From contig OZ059895.1 of NCBI GenBank assembly GCA_964057225.1, forward strand, positions 23,498,001 to 23,562,000: a stretch of 64,000 nucleotides of DNA, in the 5' to 3' direction. Shown in pieces: positions 52,301-64,000 of the stretch. The notes under the pieces are model-generated. The model had not been told where the DNA came from. It saw nothing but the letters and a program-made list of their open reading frames with translations, and made no database searches. The translations under genes were made by a program, and so were the position numbers. Within the stretch, counting starts at the first letter, position 1; every line of letters begins with the position of its first letter. The DNA comes from Auanema rhodensis. Taxonomy: Eukaryota; Animalia; Nematoda.

Positions 52301-55300
52301 TATACTACATGGAGAAACGCTTAATACAAAAATTAGTTATGATCGTTTGAAAAATGATGCATTAGTGTATGTTGAGTTTCCATGTACACTCAACATTGCT
52401 TCCAAAAACATTTTGACAAAAATTTTTTCGAAAAATTTCAAAATAATTTAGCAAAAAGTAGATGTTTTTAGATTTCTTTTTTCAAGGCAAAGACGATGGA
52501 CATTGTTATTCAACGAAAAAATTAATTCTTCAGGGTGAAAATCGAGGATATAAGTGTGAACATATATCAGTTGATATCTCGGTGCATTTTTAAGCTAGCG
52601 CAAATCTGATAACACAGATCGACGCAGCTTAAAAATCTGCATCGAATGCACTATACTACATTGAGAAACGCTTAATACAAAAATTAGTTATGATCGTTTG
52701 AAAAATGATGCATTAGTGTATGTTGAGTTTCCATGTACACTCAACATTGCTTCCAAAAACATTTTGACAAAAATTTTTTCGAAAAATTTCAAAATAATTT
52801 AGCAAAAAGTAGATGTTTTTAGATTCCTTTTTTCAAGGCAAAGACGATGGACAATGTTATTCAACGAAAAAATTAATTCTTCAGGGTGAAAATCGAGGAT
52901 ATAAGTGTGAACTTATATCAGTTGATATCTCGGTGCATTTTTAAGCTAGCGCAAATCTGATAACACAGATCGACGCAGCTTAAAAATCCGCATCGAATGC
53001 ACTATACTACATGGAGAAACGCTTAATACAAAAATTAGTTATGATCGTTTGAAAAATGATGCATTAGTGTATGTTGAGTTTCCATGTACACTCAACATTG
53101 CTTCCAAAAACATTTTGACAAAAATTTTTTCGAAAAATTTCAAAACAATTTAGCAAAAAGTAGATGTTTTTAGATTCCTTTTTTCAAGACAAAGACGATG
53201 GACAATGTTATTCAACGAAAAAATTAATTCTTCAGGGTGAAAATCGAGGATATAAGTGTGAACTTATATCAGTTGATATCTCGGTGCATTTTTAAGCTAG
53301 CGCAAATCTGATAACACAGATCGACGCAGCTTAAAAATCCGCATCGAATGCACTATACTACATGGAGAAACGCTTAATACAAAAATTAGTTATGATCGTT
53401 TGAAAAATGATGCATTAGTGTATGTTGAGTTTCCATGTACACTCAACATTGCTTCCAAAAACATTTTGACAAAAATTTTTTCGAAAAATTTCGAAATAAT
53501 TTAGCAAAAAGTAGATGTTTTTAGATTCCTTTTTTCAAGGCAAAGACGATGGACATTGTTATTCAACGAAAAAATTAATTCTTCAGGGTGAAAATCGAGG
53601 ATATAAGTGTGAACATATATCAGTTGATATCTCGGTGCATTTTTAAGCTAGCGCAAATCTGATAACACAGATCGACGCAGCTTAAAAATCCGCATCGAAT
53701 GCACTATATTACATTGAGAAACGCTTAATACAAAAATTAAATATGATCGTTTGAAAAATGATGCATTAGTGTATGTTGAGTTTCCATGTACACTCAACAT
53801 TGCTTCCAAAAACATTTTGACAAAAATTTTTTCGAGAAATTTCAAAATAATTTAGCGAAAAGTAGATGTTTTTAGATTCCTTTTTTCAAGGCAAAGACGA
53901 TGGACATTGTTATTCAACGAAAAAATTAATTCTTCAGGGTGAAAATCGAGGATATAAGTGTGAACTTATATCAGTTGATATCTCGGTGCATTTTTAAGCT
54001 AGCGCAAATCTGATAACACAGATCGACGCAGCTTAAAAATCCGCATCGAATGCACTATACTACATGGAGAAACGCTTAATACAAAAATTAGTTATGATCG
54101 TTTGAAAAATGATGCATTAGTGTATGTTGAGTTTCCATGTACACTCAACATTGCTTCCAAAAACATTTTGACAAAAATTTTTTCGAAAAATTTCGAAATA
54201 ATTTAGCAAAAAGTAGATGTTTTTAGATTCCTTTTTTCAAGGCAAAGACGATGGACATTGTTATTCAACGAAAAAATTAATTCTTCAGGGTGAAAATCGA
54301 GGATATAAGTGTGAACATATATCAGTTGATATCTCGGTGCATTTTTAAGCTAGCGCAAATCTGATAACACAGATCGACGCAGCTTAAAAATCCGCATCGA
54401 ATGCACTATATTACATTGAGAAACGCTTAATACAAAAATTAAATATGATCGTTTGAAAAATGATGCATTAGTGTATGTTGAGTTTCCATGTACACTCAAC
54501 ATTGCTTCCAAAAACATTTTGACAAAAATTTTTTCGAGAAATTTCAAAATAATTTAGCGAAAAGTAGATGTTTTTAGATTCCTTTTTTCAAGGCAAAGAC
54601 GATGGACATTGTTATTCAACGAAAAAATTAATTCTTCAGGGTGAAAATCGAGGATATAAGTGTGAACATATATCAGTTGATATCTCGGTGCATTTTTAAG
54701 CTAGCGCAAATCTGATAACACAGATCGACGCAGCTTAAAAATCTGCATCGAATGCACTATATTACATTGAGAAACGCTTAATACAAAAATTAAATATGAT
54801 CGTTTGAAAAATGATGCATTAGTGTATGTTGAGTTTCCATGTACACTCAACATTGCTTCCAAAAACATTTTGACAAAAATTTTTTCGAGAAATTTCAAAA
54901 TAATTTAGCGAAAAGTAGATGTTTTTAGATTCCTTTTTTCAAGGCAAAGACGATGGACATTGTTATTCAACGAAAAAATTAATTCTTCAGGGTGAAAATC
55001 GAGGATATAAGTGTGAACATATATCAGTTGATATCTCGGTGCATTTTTAAGCTAGCGCAAATCTGATAACACAGATCGACGCAGCTTAAAAATCTGCATC
55101 GAATGCACTATACTACATTGAGAAACGCTTAATACAAAAATTAGTTATGATCGTTTGAAAAATGATGCATTAGTGTATGTTGAGTTTCCATGTACACTCA
55201 ACATTGCTTCCAAAAACATTTTGACAAAAATTTTTTCGAAAAATTTCAAAATAATTTAGCAAAAAGTAGATGTTTTTAGATTTCTTTTTTCAAGGCAAAG

Positions 55301-58300
55301 ACGATGGACATTGTTATTCAACGAAAAAATTAATTCTTCAGGGTGAAAATCGAGGATATAAGTGTGAACTTACATCAGTTGATATCTCGGTGCATTTTTA
55401 AGCTAGCGCAAATCTGATAACACAGATCGACGCAGCTTAAAAATCCGCATCGAATGCACTATACTACATGGAGAAACGCTTAATACAAAAATTAGTTATG
55501 ATCGTTTGAAAAATGATGCATTAGTGTATGTTGAGTTTCCATGTACACTCAACATTGCTTCCAAAAACATTTTGACAAAAATTTTTTCGAAAAATTTCAA
55601 AATAATTTAGCAAAAAGTAGATGTTTTTAGATTCCTTTTTTCAAGGCAAAGACGATGGACAATGTTATTCAACGAAAAAATTAATTCTTCAGGGTGAAAA
55701 TCGAGGATATAAGTGTGAACTTATATCAGTTGATATCTCGGTGCATTTTTAAGCTAGCGCAAATCTGATAACACAGATCGACGCAGCTTAAAAATCCGCA
55801 TCGAATGCACTATACTACATGGAGAAACGCTTAATACAAAAATTAGTTATGATCGTTTGAAAAATGATGCATTAGTGTATGTTGAGTTTCCATGTACACT
55901 CAACATTGCTTCCAAAAACATTTTGACAAAAATTTTTTCGAAAAATTTCAAAACAATTTAGCAAAAAGTAGATGTTTTTAGATTCCTTTTTTCAAGACAA
56001 AGACGATGGACAATGTTATTCAACGAAAAAATTAATTCTTCAGGGTGAAAATCGAGGATATAAGTGTGAACTTATATCAGTTGATATCTCGGTGCATTTT
56101 TAAGCTAGCGCAAATCTGATAACACAGATCGACGCAGCTTAAAAATCCGCATCGAATGCACTATACTACATGGAGAAACGCTTAATACAAAAATTAGTTA
56201 TGATCGTTTGAAAAATGATGCATTAGTGTATGTTGAGTTTCCATGTACACTCAACATTGCTTCCAAAAACATTTTGACAAAAATTTTTTCGAAAAATTTC
56301 GAAATAATTTAGCAAAAAGTAGATGTTTTTAGATTCCTTTTTTCAAGGCAAAGACGATGGACATTGTTATTCAACGAAAAAATTAATTCTTCAGGGTGAA
56401 AATCGAGGATATAAGTGTGAACATATATCAGTTGATATCTCGGTGCATTTTTAAGCTAGCGCAAATCTGATAACACAGATCGACGCAGCTTAAAAATCCG
56501 CATCGAATGCACTATATTACATTGAGAAACGCTTAATACAAAAATTAAATATGATCGTTTGAAAAATGATGCATTAGTGTATGTTGAGTTTCCATGTACA
56601 CTCAACATTGCTTCCAAAAACATTTTGACAAAAATTTTTTCGAGAAATTTCAAAATAATTTAGCGAAAAGTAGATGTTTTTAGATTCCTTTTTTCAAGGC
56701 AAAGACGATGGACATTGTTATTCAACGAAAAAATTAATTCTTCAGGGTGAAAATCGAGGATATAAGTGTGAACATATATCAGTTGATATCTCGGTGCATT
56801 TTTAAGCTAGCGCAAATCTGATAACACAGATCGACGCAGCTTAAAAATCTGCATCGAATGCACTATACTACATTGAGAAACGCTTAATACAAAAATTAGT
56901 TATGATCGTTTGAAAAATGATGCATTAGTGTATGTTGAGTTTCCATGTACACTCAACATTGCTTCCAAAAACATTTTGACAAAAATTTTTTCGAGAAATT
57001 TCAAAATAATTTAGCGAAAAGTAGATGTTTTTAGATTCCTTTTTTCAAGGCAAAGACGATGGACATTGTTATTCAACGAAAAAATTAATTCTTCAGGGTG
57101 AAAATCGAGGATATAAGTGTGAACATATATCAGTTGATATCTCGGTGCATTTTTAAGCTAGCGCAAATCTGATAACACAGATCGACGCAGCTTAAAAATC
57201 TGCATCGAATGCACTATACTACATTGAGAAACGCTTAATACAAAAATTAGTTATGATCGTTTGAAAAATGATGCATTAGTGTATGTTGAGTTTCCATGTA
57301 CACTCAACATTGCTTCCAAAAACATTTTGACAAAAATTTTTTCGAAAAATTTCAAAATAATTTAGCAAAAAGTAGATGTTTTTAGATTTCTTTTTTCAAG
57401 GCGAAGACGATGGACATTGTTATTCAACGAAAAAATTAATTCTTCAGGGTGAAAATCGAGGATATAAGTGTGAACTTACATCAGTTGATATCTCGGTGCA
57501 TTTTTAAGCTAGCGCAAATCTGATAACACAGATCGACGCAGCCTAAAAATCCGCATCGAATGCACTATACTACATGGAGAAACGCTTAATACAAAAATTA
57601 GTTATGATCGTTTGAAAAATGATGCATTAGTGTATGTTGAGTTTCCATGTACACTCAACATTGCTTCCAAAAACATTTTGACAAAAATTTTTTCGAAAAA
57701 TTTCAAAATAATTTAGCAAAAAGTAGATGTTTTTAGATTCCTTTTTTCAAGGCAAAGACGATGGACAATGTTATTCAACGAAAAAATTAATTCTTCAGGG
57801 TGAAAATCGAGGATATAAGTGTGAACTTATATCAGTTGATATCTCGGTGCATTTTTAAGCTAGCGCAAATCTGATAACACAGATCGACGCAGCTTAAAAA
57901 TCCGCATCGAATGCACTATACTACATGGAGAAACGCTTAATACAAAAATTAGTTATGATCGTTTGAAAAATGATGCATTAGTGTATGTTGAGTTTCCATG
58001 TACACTCAACATTGCTTCCAAAAACATTTTGACAAAAATTTTTTCGAAAAATTTCGAAATAATTTAGCAAAAAGTAGATGTTTTTAGATTCCTTTTTTCA
58101 AGGCAAAGACGATGGACATTGTTATTCAACGAAAAAATTAATTCTTCAGGGTGAAAATCGAGGATATAAGTGTGAACATATATCAGTTGATATCTCGGTG
58201 CATTTTTAAGCTAGCGCAAATCTGATAACACAGATCGACGCAGCTTAAAAATCCGCATCGAATGCACTATACTACATTGAGAAACGCTTAATACAAAAAT

Positions 58301-58749
58301 TAGTTATGATCGTTTGAAAAATGATGCATTAGTGTATGTTGAGTTTCCATGTACACTCAACATTGCTTCCAAAAACATTTTGACAAAAATTTTTTCGAAA
58401 AATTTCAAAATAATTTAGCAAAAAGTAGATGTTTTTAGATTCCTTTTTTCAAGGCAAAGACGATGGACAATGTTATTCAACGAAAAAATTAATTCTTCAG
58501 GGTGAAAATCGAGGATATAAGTGTGAACTTATATCAGTTGATATCTCGGTGCATTTTTAAGCTAGCGCAAATCTGATAACACAGATCGACGCAGCTTAAA
58601 AATCCGCATCGAATGCACTATACTACATGGAGAAACGCTTAATACAAAAATTAGTTATGATCGTTTGAAAAATGATGCATTAGTGTATGTTGAGTTTCCA
58701 TGTACACTCAACATTGCTTCCAAAAACATTTTGACAAAAATTTTTTCGA

Positions 58750-61700
58750 AAAATTTCGAAATAATTTAGCAAAAAGTAGATGTTTTTAGATTCCTTTTTT
58801 CAAGGCAAAGACGATGGACATTGTTATTCAACGAAAAAATTAATTCTTCAGGGTGAAAATCGAGGATATAAGTGTGAACATATATCAGTTGATATCTCGG
58901 TGCATTTTTAAGCTAGCGCAAATCTGATAACACAGATCGACGCAGCTTAAAAATCCGCATCGAATGCACTATACTACATTGAGAAACGCTTAATACAAAA
59001 ATTAGTTATGATCGTTTGAAAAATGATGCATTAGTGTATGTTGAGTTTCCATGTACACTCAACATTGCTTCCAAAAACATTTTGACAAAAATTTTTTCGA
59101 AAAATTTCAAAATAATTTAGCAAAAAGTAGATGTTTTTAGATTCTTTTTTTCAAGGCAAAGACGATGGACATTGTTATTCAACGAAAAAATTAATTCTTC
59201 AGGGTGAAAATCGAGGATATAAGTGTGAACTTATATCAGTTGATATCTCGGTGCATTTTTAAGCTAGCGCAAATCTGATAACACAGATCGACGCAGCTTA
59301 AAAATCCGCATCGAATGCACTATACTACATGGAGAAACGCTTAATACAAAAATTAGTTATGATCGTTTGAAAAATGATGCATTAGTGTATGTTGAGTTTC
59401 CATGTACACTCAACATTGCTTCCAAAAACATTTTGACAAAAATTTTTTCGAAAAATTTCAAAATAATTTAGCAAAAAGTAGATGTTTTTAGATTCCTTTT
59501 TTCAAGGCAAAGACGATGGACAATGTTATTCAACGAAAAAATTAATTCTTCAGGGTGAAAATCGAGGATATAAGTGTGAACTTATATCAGTTGATATCTC
59601 GGTGCATTTTTAAGCTAGCGCAAATCTGATAACACAGATCGACGCAGCTTAAAAATCCGCATCGAATGCACTATACTACATGGAGAAACGCTTAATACAA
59701 AAATTAGTTATGATCGTTTGAAAAATGATGCATTAGTGTATGTTGAGTTTCCATGTACACTCAACATTGCTTCCAAAAACATTTTGACAAAAATTTTTTC
59801 GAAAAATTTCAAAATAATTTAGCAAGAAGTAGATGTTTTTAGATTTCTTTTTTTAAGGCAAAGACGATGGACATTGTTATTCAACGAAAAAATTAATTCT
59901 TCAGGGTGAAAATCGAGGATATAAGTGTGAACTTATATCAGTTGATATCTCGGTGCATTTTTAAGCTAGCGCAAATCTGATAACACAGATCGACGCAGCT
60001 TAAAAATCCGCATCGAATGCACTATACTACATTGAGAAACGCTTAATACAAAAATTAGTTATGATCGTTTGAAAAATGATGCATTAGTGTATGTTGAGTT
60101 TCCATGTACACTCAACATTGCTTCCAAAAACATTTTGACAAAAATTTTTTCGAAAAATTTCGAAATAATTTAGCAAAAAGTAGATGTTTTTAGATTCCTT
60201 TTTTCAAGGCAAAGACGATGGACATTGTTATTCAACGAAAAAATTAATTCTTCAGGGTGAAAATCGAGGATATAAGTGTGAACATATATCAGTTGATATC
60301 TCGGTGCATTTTTAAGCTAGCGCAAATCTGATAACACAGATCGACGCAGCTTAAAAATCCGCATCGAATGCACTATACTACATTGAGAAACGCTTAATAC
60401 AAAAATTAGTTATGATCGTTTGAAAAATGATGCATTAGTGTATGTTGAGTTTCCATGTACACTCAACATTGCTTCCAAAAACATTTTGACAAAAATTTTT
60501 TCGAAAAATTTCAAAATAATTTAGCAAAAAGTAGATGTTTTTAGATTCTTTTTTTCAAGGCAAAGACGATGGACATTGTTATTCAACGAAAAAATTAATT
60601 CTTCAGGGTGAAAATCGAGGATATAAGTGTGAACTTATATCAGTTGATATCTCGGTGCATTTTTAAGCTAGCGCAAATCTGATAACACAGATCGACGCAG
60701 CTTAAAAATCCGCATCGAATGCACTATACTACATGGAGAAACGCTTAATACAAAAATTAGTTATGATCGTTTGAAAAATGATGCATTAGTGTATGTTGAG
60801 TTTCCATGTACACTCAACATTGCTTCCAAAAACATTTTGACAAAAATTTTTTCGAAAAATTTCAAAATAATTTAGCAAAAAGTAGATGTTTTTAGATTCC
60901 TTTTTTCAAGGCAAAGACGATGGACAATGTTATTCAACGAAAAAATTAATTCTTCAGGGTGAAAATCGAGGATATAAGTGTGAACTTATATCAGTTGATA
61001 TCTCGGTGCATTTTTAAGCTAGCGCAAATCTGATAACACAGATCGACGCAGCTTAAAAATCCGCATCGAATGCACTATACTACATGGAGAAACGCTTAAT
61101 ACAAAAATTAGTTATGATCGTTTGAAAAATGATGCATTAGTGTATGTTGAGTTTCCATGTACACTCAACATTGCTTCCAAAAACATTTTGACAAAAATTT
61201 TTTCGAAAAATTTCAAAATAATTTAGCAAGAAGTAGATGTTTTTAGATTTCTTTTTTTAAGGCAAAGACGATGGACATTGTTATTCAACGAAAAAATTAA
61301 TTCTTCAGGGTGAAAATCGAGGATATAAGTGTGAACTTATATCAGTTGATATCTCGGTGCATTTTTAAGCTAGCGCAAATCTGATAACACAGATCGACGC
61401 AGCTTAAAAATCCGCATCGAATGCACTATACTACATTGAGAAACGCTTAATACAAAAATTAGTTATGATCGTTTGAAAAATGATGCATTAGTGTATGTTG
61501 AGTTTCCATGTACACTCAACATTGCTTCCAAAAACATTTTGACAAAAATTTTTTCGAAAAATTTCGAAATAATTTAGCAAAAAGTAGATGTTTTTAGATT
61601 CCTTTTTTCAAGGCAAAGACGATGGACATTGTTATTCAACGAAAAAATTAATTCTTCAGGGTGAAAATCGAGGATATAAGTGTGAACATATATCAGTTGA

Positions 61701-64000
61701 TATCTCGGTGCATTTTTAAGCTAGCGCAAATCTGATAACACAGATCGACGCAGCTTAAAAATCCGCATCGAATGCACTATACTACATTGAGAAACGCTTA
61801 ATACAAAAATTAGTTATGATCGTTTGAAAAATGATGCATTAGTGTATGTTGAGTTTCCATGTACACTCAACATTGCTTCCAAAAACATTTTGACAAAAAT
61901 TTTTTCGAAAAATTTCAAAATAATTTAGCAAAAAGTAGATGTTTTTAGATTCTTTTTTTCAAGGCAAAGACGATGGACATTGTTATTCAACGAAAAAATT
62001 AATTCTTCAGGGTGAAAATCGAGGATATAAGTGTGAACTTATATCAGTTGATATCTCGGTGCATTTTTAAGCTAGCGCAAATCTGATAACACAGATCGAC
62101 GCAGCTTAAAAATCCGCATCGAATGCACTATACTAAATGGAGAAACGCTTAATACAAAAATTAGTTATGATCGTTTGAAAAATGATGCATTAGTGTATGT
62201 TGAGTTTCCATGTACACTCAACATTGCTTCCAAAAACATTTTGACAAAAATTTTTTCGAAAAATTTCAAAATAATTTAGCAAAAAGTAGATGTTTTTAGA
62301 TTCTTTTTTTCAAGGCAAAGACGATGGACATTGTTATTCAACGAAAAAATTAATTCTTCAGGGTGAAAATCGAGGATATAAGTGTGAACTTATATCAGTT
62401 GATATCTCGGTGCATTTTTAAGCTAGCGCAAATCTGATAACACAGATCGACGCAGCTTAAAAATCCGCATCGAATGCACTATACTACATGGAGAAACGCT
62501 TAATACAAAAATTAGTTATGATCGTTTGAAAAATGATGCATTAGTGTATGTTGAGTTTCCATGTACACTCAACATTGCTTCCAAAAACATTTTGACAAAA
62601 ATTTTTTCGAAAAATTTCAAAATAATTTAGCAAGAAGTAGATGTTTTTAGATTTCTTTTTTTAAGGCAAAGACGATGGACATTGTTATTCAACGAAAAAA
62701 TTAATTCTTCAGGGTGAAAATCGAGGATATAAGTGTGAACTTATATCAGTTGATATCTCGGTGCATTTTTAAGCTAGCGCAAATCTGATAACACAGATCG
62801 ACGCAGCTTAAAAATCCGCATCGAATGCACTATACTACATTGAGAAACGCTTAATACAAAAATTAGTTATGATCGTTTGAAAAATGATGCATTAGTGTAT
62901 GTTGAGTTTCCATGTACACTCAACATTGCTTCCAAAAACATTTTGACAAAAATTTTTTCGAAAAATTTCGAAATAATTTAGCAAAAAGTAGATGTTTTTA
63001 GATTCCTTTTTTCAAGGCAAAGACGATGGACATTGTTATTCAACGAAAAAATTAATTCTTCAGGGTGAAAATCGAGGATATAAGTGTGAACATATATCAG
63101 TTGATATCTCGGTGCATTTTTAAGCTAGCGCAAATCTGATAACACAGATCGACGCAGCTTAAAAATCCGCATCGAATGCACTATACTACATTGAGAAACG
63201 CTTAATACAAAAATTAGTTATGATCGTTTGAAAAATGATGCATTAGTGTATGTTGAGTTTCCATGTACACTCAACATTGCTTCCAAAAACATTTTGACAA
63301 AAATTTTTTCGAAAAATTTCAAAATAATTTAGCAAAAAGTAGATGTTTTTAGATTCTTTTTTTCAAGGCAAAGACGATGGACATTGTTATTCAACGAAAA
63401 AATTAATTCTTCAGGGTGAAAATCGAGGATATAAGTGTGAACTTATATCAGTTGATATCTCGGTGCATTTTTAAGCTAGCGCAAATCTGATAACACAGAT
63501 CGACGCAGCTTAAAAATCCGCATCGAATGCACTATACTACATGGAGAAACGCTTAATACAAAAATTAGTTATGATCGTTTGAAAAATGATGCATTAGTGT
63601 ATGTTGAGTTTCCATGTACACTCAACATTGCTTCCAAAAACATTTTGACAAAAATTTTTTCGAAAAATTTCAAAATAATTTAGCAAAAAGTAGATGTTTT
63701 TAGATTCTTTTTTTCAAGGCAAAGACGATGGACATTGTTATTCAACGAAAAAATTAATTCTTCAGGGTGAAAATCGAGGATATAAGTGTGAACTTATATC
63801 AGTTGATATCTCGGTGCATTTTTAAGCTAGCGCAAATCTGATAACACAGATCGACGCAGCTTAAAAATCCGCATCGAATGCACTATACTACATGGAGAAA
63901 CGCTTAATACAAAAATTAGTTATGATCGTTTGAAAAATGATGCATTAGTGTATGTTGAGTTTCCATGTACACTCAACATTGCTTCCAAAAACATTTTGAC
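58750..64000 (-). repeat. 4-monomer higher-order repeat (1404 bp, ~3.7 copies, probably continuing)
   Basis: The CAAGAAG+TTTAAGG marker occurs at 59826, 61230 and 62634. The TTTCGAAAT marker occurs at 58758, 60162, ~61566 and ~62970. Confidence 0.88.

Larger units (their letters stand above)
35296..64000 (-). repeat. 351-bp tandem satellite array, reverse-complement arm (~82 monomers, continues past window end)
   Basis: From 35296 the sequence reads AAAGACGATGGAC..., the reverse complement of the monomer end/start (...GTCCATCGTCTTT). The period is 351 except for three 349-bp monomers. Confidence 0.99.

Noticed and set aside
38559-56653. Five near-identical 65-aa ORFs as a gene family
   Set aside because: They start at TTG and lie wholly within satellite monomers. 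They are open only in one variant haplotype and have no recognisable protein motif.
1-64000. CRISPR array or rDNA/5S/tRNA/snRNA tandem gene cluster
   Set aside because: There are no unique spacers and no recognisable rRNA, tRNA or snRNA sequence. The entire 351-bp unit is repeated.
1-64000. Rolling-circle or amplification concatemer of a 351-nt circle
   Set aside because: Nested, heritable variant patterns (multimer duplications, a subfamily domain) require many rounds of genomic evolution, not copying of a single template.
6550-64000. Perfect recent fold-back (breakage-fusion-bridge) palindrome
   Set aside because: Variant symmetry fails beyond ~2 monomers from the junction, and the 16-kb domain B has no mirror copy.

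Overview
The whole 64 kb window is one AT-rich tandem satellite array (about 32% GC by hand count of the first monomer). The monomer is 351 bp and there are about 183 near-identical copies. I cannot assign it to a named family; the architecture looks like a eukaryotic centromeric or pericentromeric satellite. About 101 monomers run on the + strand (1-35291). The array then flips orientation at a sharp junction carrying a 4-bp TTTG filler (35292-35295), and about 82 monomers run on the - strand to the window end. The two arms form a very large imperfect inverted repeat around a 41-bp spacer. The monomer itself is packed with dyad symmetries, including a 51-nt hairpin and two perfect 9-bp stems. 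Diagnostic variants reveal a distinct subfamily domain (~17.7-33.8 kb), local higher-order duplications of 3, 4, 7, 8 and 10 monomers, a 100-bp deletion monomer copied 12.2 kb away, and rare haplotypes shared across the inversion. No genes, RNA genes, CRISPR arrays or transposon insertions are supported. The six short ORFs arise from single stop-codon-removing variants in satellite monomers.
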